From positions 1-59,176 of the forward strand of contig QCMX01000002.1 of assembly GCA_003213455.1 (NCBI GenBank): 59,176 nucleotides of DNA, in the 5' to 3' direction. The position numbers and the translations under genes were made by a program. Shown here one piece after another: positions 56,486-59,176 of this stretch. The notes below the pieces were generated by a model. It was not told the origin of the DNA. It made no database searches and saw only the letters and a program-made list of their open reading frames with translations. Within the stretch, counting starts at the first letter, position 1. Each line of letters starts with the position of its first letter. The stretch comes from SAR86 cluster bacterium AG-422-P06. Lineage in GTDB: Bacteria > Pseudomonadota > Gammaproteobacteria > Magnimaribacterales > TMED112.

Positions 56486-59176
56486 TTACTGAAAGCTTTC
56501 CAATAATTCTTTTTTCAATGCTTCTTCAATATCTTGTATTTCTTCTGAAGATACACTTGCTTTTTGATTCGCTGCAAATCCTGTACCTGCTGGTATTAGT
56601 CTTCCTACAACGACATTTTCTTTTAATCCTCTTAGGGTATCTTTCTTACTTGTAACTGCAGCTTCAGTAAGAACCCTAGTAGTTTCTTGGAAAGATGCTG
56701 CTGAAACAAATGAATCTGTTGATAGAGCTGCTTTAGTTATTCCTAAAAGCATTCTATCGAATACAGCTGGCTTTTTATCTGAAGCGACAAGATTCTTATT
56801 TGATGCTCTGACTTTTGTAAGCTCAACTATATCGCCTTCCAAGTATTCACTATCACCTTGTTCAGTAATAGTTACTTTCTTCATCATCTGTCTGCTTATA
56901 GTTTCAATATGCTTATCATTAATAACAACACCTTGGAGCCTATAAACATCTTGAACTTCAGCAATTAAATGTTTTGCTAGTTCCTCAACACCATGCATAG
57001 CTAATAATGCATGAGTATCTACTGGGCCATGACAAAGAATATCGCCTTTTTCAACAAAATCTCCTTCAAGAAATGCTACTGCTCTATATTTCTGAATCAT
57101 CATCTCTACAGGTTCACCTTTTTCTGGTGTAATAACGAGTCTTTTTCTACCTTTGGTCTCTTTGCCGTAAGAGAGAGTACCTGAAGCTTCTGCATATATA
57201 GAACCATCTTTAGGTTTTCTTGCTTCAAATAAATCAGCAACTCTTGGAAGACCACCTGTAATATCTTTAGTCTTAGTCCCTTCAACTGGCACCCTTGCTA
57301 TAAATTCACCTGTGGAAACTTTATTTCCATTGTTCTTCATAAGAATTGACTTTGAAGGTAATGAGTAAGAAGCAATAACTTTCTTTTTACCATCTAAGAC
57401 TGTAATTGATGGTGTCATGCCTTTACCTTTTACAGGCCTATCATTTGCATCAATTACTTCTCTTGTAGTTGAGCCTGTTAAATCATCAACATCAACTTTC
57501 ATAGTTACATCTTCAGTTAAGTCATTAAATGATACTGTCCCTTCAACCTCAGCAATAATTGGCAAAGTAAGTGGGTCCCATTTTGCAATTAGAGTTCCTG
57601 GTTCAACTTTTGTATTGTTGCCATATAAAATCTCAGCACCGTAAGGTATTGAATATTTTTCAAGCAGATTTTCATCATCATCTTGTATCGTGAAATGAGC
57701 ATTTCTAGATACAACTACCAATTCACCATTCTTCTTCTCAACTGTTTTTAGAGATGAATCAAAAACAATATTTCCACCCCTTAAAGTTGTAACAGAATCA
57801 TCTTCTGCTGTTCCTGAGGCAGCTCCACCAATATGGAAAGTTCTCATAGTAAGTTGTGTTCCTGGCTCACCAATTGACTGAGCAGCAACTACACCAACTG
57901 CTTCACCTATGTGGACAAGATGTCCTCTAGCTAAATCTCTACCATAACACTTGGCACATAAGCCATGGCTTGCTTCACAAGTAATTGGCGATCTAATTTT
58001 AATTTTCTTAACACCAGAGTTTTGTGCTTCTACAGAAGTTTCTTCATCGAATAAATGCCCTTTTTCAAAAAGCACTTTCCCATCTTTCTTGATGTCTTCT
58101 TGCAAGACTCTTCCCAAAATTCTTTCTGAAACTGTCTGAATAACTGAAGCGCCATCGATAATTGCTTCTACAGTAATACCTTCTTCTGTTTCACAATCAT
58201 CTGATGTAATAACCACATCTTGTGAGACATCAACAAGCCTTCTTGTTAGGTATCCTGAGTTTGCTGTTTTAAGTGCTGTATCTGCAAGACCTTTTCGAGC
58301 TCCATGAGTAGAAGTGAAATACTCAAGCATAGATAAACCTTCTCTGAAATTAGAAGTGATAGCACTTTCAATAATACTTCCATCAGGCTTAGACATTAAT
58401 CCTCTCATTCCTGCTAATTGTCTTATTTGTGCAGGTGATCCTCTTGCTCCTGAGTCGGCATACATAAACACACTATTAAACGAAGGCATAATAGTTTCAT
58501 TACCATCTTTATCAATATCAACTTTATCGCCTAAAGCGCCCATCATAGAACTGGCAACTTTTTCGTTTGTTCTAGACCATATATCGATAATCTTGTTGTA
58601 TTTCTCACCCTTAGTTAACAAGCCTGATTCAAATTGTTGCTCGATATTTTGTACTTCACTCTCTGCATTTGAAATTATTGATGTCTTATCATCTGGTATT
58701 TCAAAGTCATTAACACCAATTGAAGCTCCTGACGAAGTTGAGTACTCAAACCCTAAGTACATTAAGTTATCTGCAAATAAAACAGACTCTTTTAAGCCAA
58801 AATCTTTATATACAGTTGCTATAAGATCTAGAAGATCTCTCTTCTTGAGTGTTTTGTTTACTTTCTCAAATGGTAGACCTTTCGGGACAATTTCATACAT
58901 TAAACATCTACCAACCGTTGTTTCATATAAATTCTTACTATCAACTTCTTTAACTCTTACTTTCACTCTTGTGTGAAGGTTAACCTGTTTTTCAAGGAAA
59001 GCCCTTTTGACTTCATGTACGTCTACAAAGGTTCTACCTTCACCTGGAAGATTGAAATCTTCTTTAGTTAGATAGTAAATACCTAAGACAACATCTTGGT
59101 TTGGTTGAATAATAGGTTCGCCACTTGCAGGTGAAAGAATATTATTTGTGGACATCATTAATGTTCTTGCTTCTAA
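56486..59176 (-). CDS. rpoC: DNA-directed RNA polymerase beta' subunit, C-terminal ~896 aa; 5' end lies right of the window
   Basis: The frame stays open to nt 59176. Contains the trigger-loop region RTFHIGGAAS...TKDITGGLPRVADLFEARKPK, with a gammaproteobacterial-type insertion between the two motifs. Confidence 0.96.
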   Translation of the reverse strand, partial: LEARTLMMSTNNILSPASGEPIIQPNQDVVLGIYYLTKEDFNLPGEGRTFVDVHEVKRAFLEKQVNLHTRVKVRVKEVDSKNLYETTVGRCLMYEIVPKGLPFEKVNKTLKKRDLLDLIATVYKDFGLKESVLFADNLMYLGFEYSTSSGASIGVNDFEIPDDKTSIISNAESEVQNIEQQFESGLLTKGEKYNKIIDIWSRTNEKVASSMMGALGDKVDIDKDGNETIMPSFNSVFMYADSGARGSPAQIRQLAGMRGLMSKPDGSIIESAITSNFREGLSMLEYFTSTHGARKGLADTALKTANSGYLTRRLVDVSQDVVITSDDCETEEGITVEAIIDGASVIQTVSERILGRVLQEDIKKDGKVLFEKGHLFDEETSVEAQNSGVKKIKIRSPITCEASHGLCAKCYGRDLARGHLVHIGEAVGVVAAQSIGEPGTQLTMRTFHIGGAASGTAEDDSVTTLRGGNIVFDSSLKTVEKKNGELVVVSRNAHFTIQDDDENLLEKYSIPYGAEILYGNNTKVEPGTLIAKWDPLTLPIIAEVEGTVSFNDLTEDVTMKVDVDDLTGSTTREVIDANDRPVKGKGMTPSITVLDGKKKVIASYSLPSKSILMKNNGNKVSTGEFIARVPVEGTKTKDITGGLPRVADLFEARKPKDGSIYAEASGTLSYGKETKGRKRLVITPEKGEPVEMMIQKYRAVAFLEGDFVEKGDILCHGPVDTHALLAMHGVEELAKHLIAEVQDVYRLQGVVINDKHIETISRQMMKKVTITEQGDSEYLEGDIVELTKVRASNKNLVASDKKPAVFDRMLLGITKAALSTDSFVSAASFQETTRVLTEAAVTSKKDTLRGLKENVVVGRLIPAGTGFAANQKASVSSEEIQDIEEALKKELLESFQ

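Noticed and set aside
58314-58976. 220-aa plus-strand ORF antisense to rpoC.
   Set aside because: It lies entirely opposite a strongly conserved gene. Its composition is low-complexity and S/L/I/P-rich, with no recognisable motif, start context or SD. This is a typical shadow ORF in the stop-poor antisense frame.

Overview
This 59.2-kb window is visibly AT-rich, extremely gene-dense, and made almost entirely of core housekeeping genes from a gammaproteobacterial chromosome. Gene order is Pseudomonas-like. The compaction suggests a streamlined, possibly marine, lineage, but I cannot verify taxonomy from here.

Gene content, left to right:
- pepA (3' part)-holC-valS.
- A small mixed block at 3.5-7.0 kb: an atypical SDR, a Cas4-like PD-(D/E)XK nuclease, an ElaA-type GNAT, glutathione peroxidase, rimI and a crotonase.
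- A 24-kb minus-strand train: fur-grpE-dnaK-dnaJ-dapB-rpsB-tsf-pyrH-frr-uppS-dxr-rseP-bamA-skp-lpxD-fabZ-lpxA-lpxB-rnhB-dnaE-accA-tilS.
- bamE, an NSS transporter, and a DUF3429-like membrane protein.
- smpB-ssrA(tmRNA)-rpsT.
- obg-rpmA-rplU facing ispB-fabB.
- ssb facing uvrA.
- A 19-kb minus-strand train: rpoC (3' part)-rpsL-rpsG-fusA, then fused S10-spc-alpha ribosomal operons ending in rplQ.
- rpmJ (37 aa) is absent from the supplied ORF track; I recovered it by hand.

I found no tRNA or rRNA genes, CRISPR, transposons, prophage or defence island. I do not see a convincing novel multi-gene system. This is essentially an ordinary core region.

Observations worth a second look:
1. Tandem-repeat low-complexity extensions sit on ribosomal proteins uS2, bL17, uL3 and uL4. 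Their DNA repeat copies are perfect, in a genome where other proteins are trimmed.
2. The dnaK-operon DnaJ has a precise deletion of the zinc-finger domain.
3. ValRS lacks its C-terminal coiled-coil region.
4. An orphan Cas4-like nuclease with a 2+2 cysteine arrangement is translationally coupled to an ElaA-like GNAT.
5. The tmRNA gene is sandwiched 19 and 18 nt from smpB and rpsT, with no terminator.
6. About 99% of the window is gene-covered. Convergent genes overlap and divergent spacers are 4-42 nt.
7. cdsA, tufA and recN are cleanly absent from their usual syntenic slots.

All product calls rest on motifs and synteny that I recognise by eye. No database search or computation was run.
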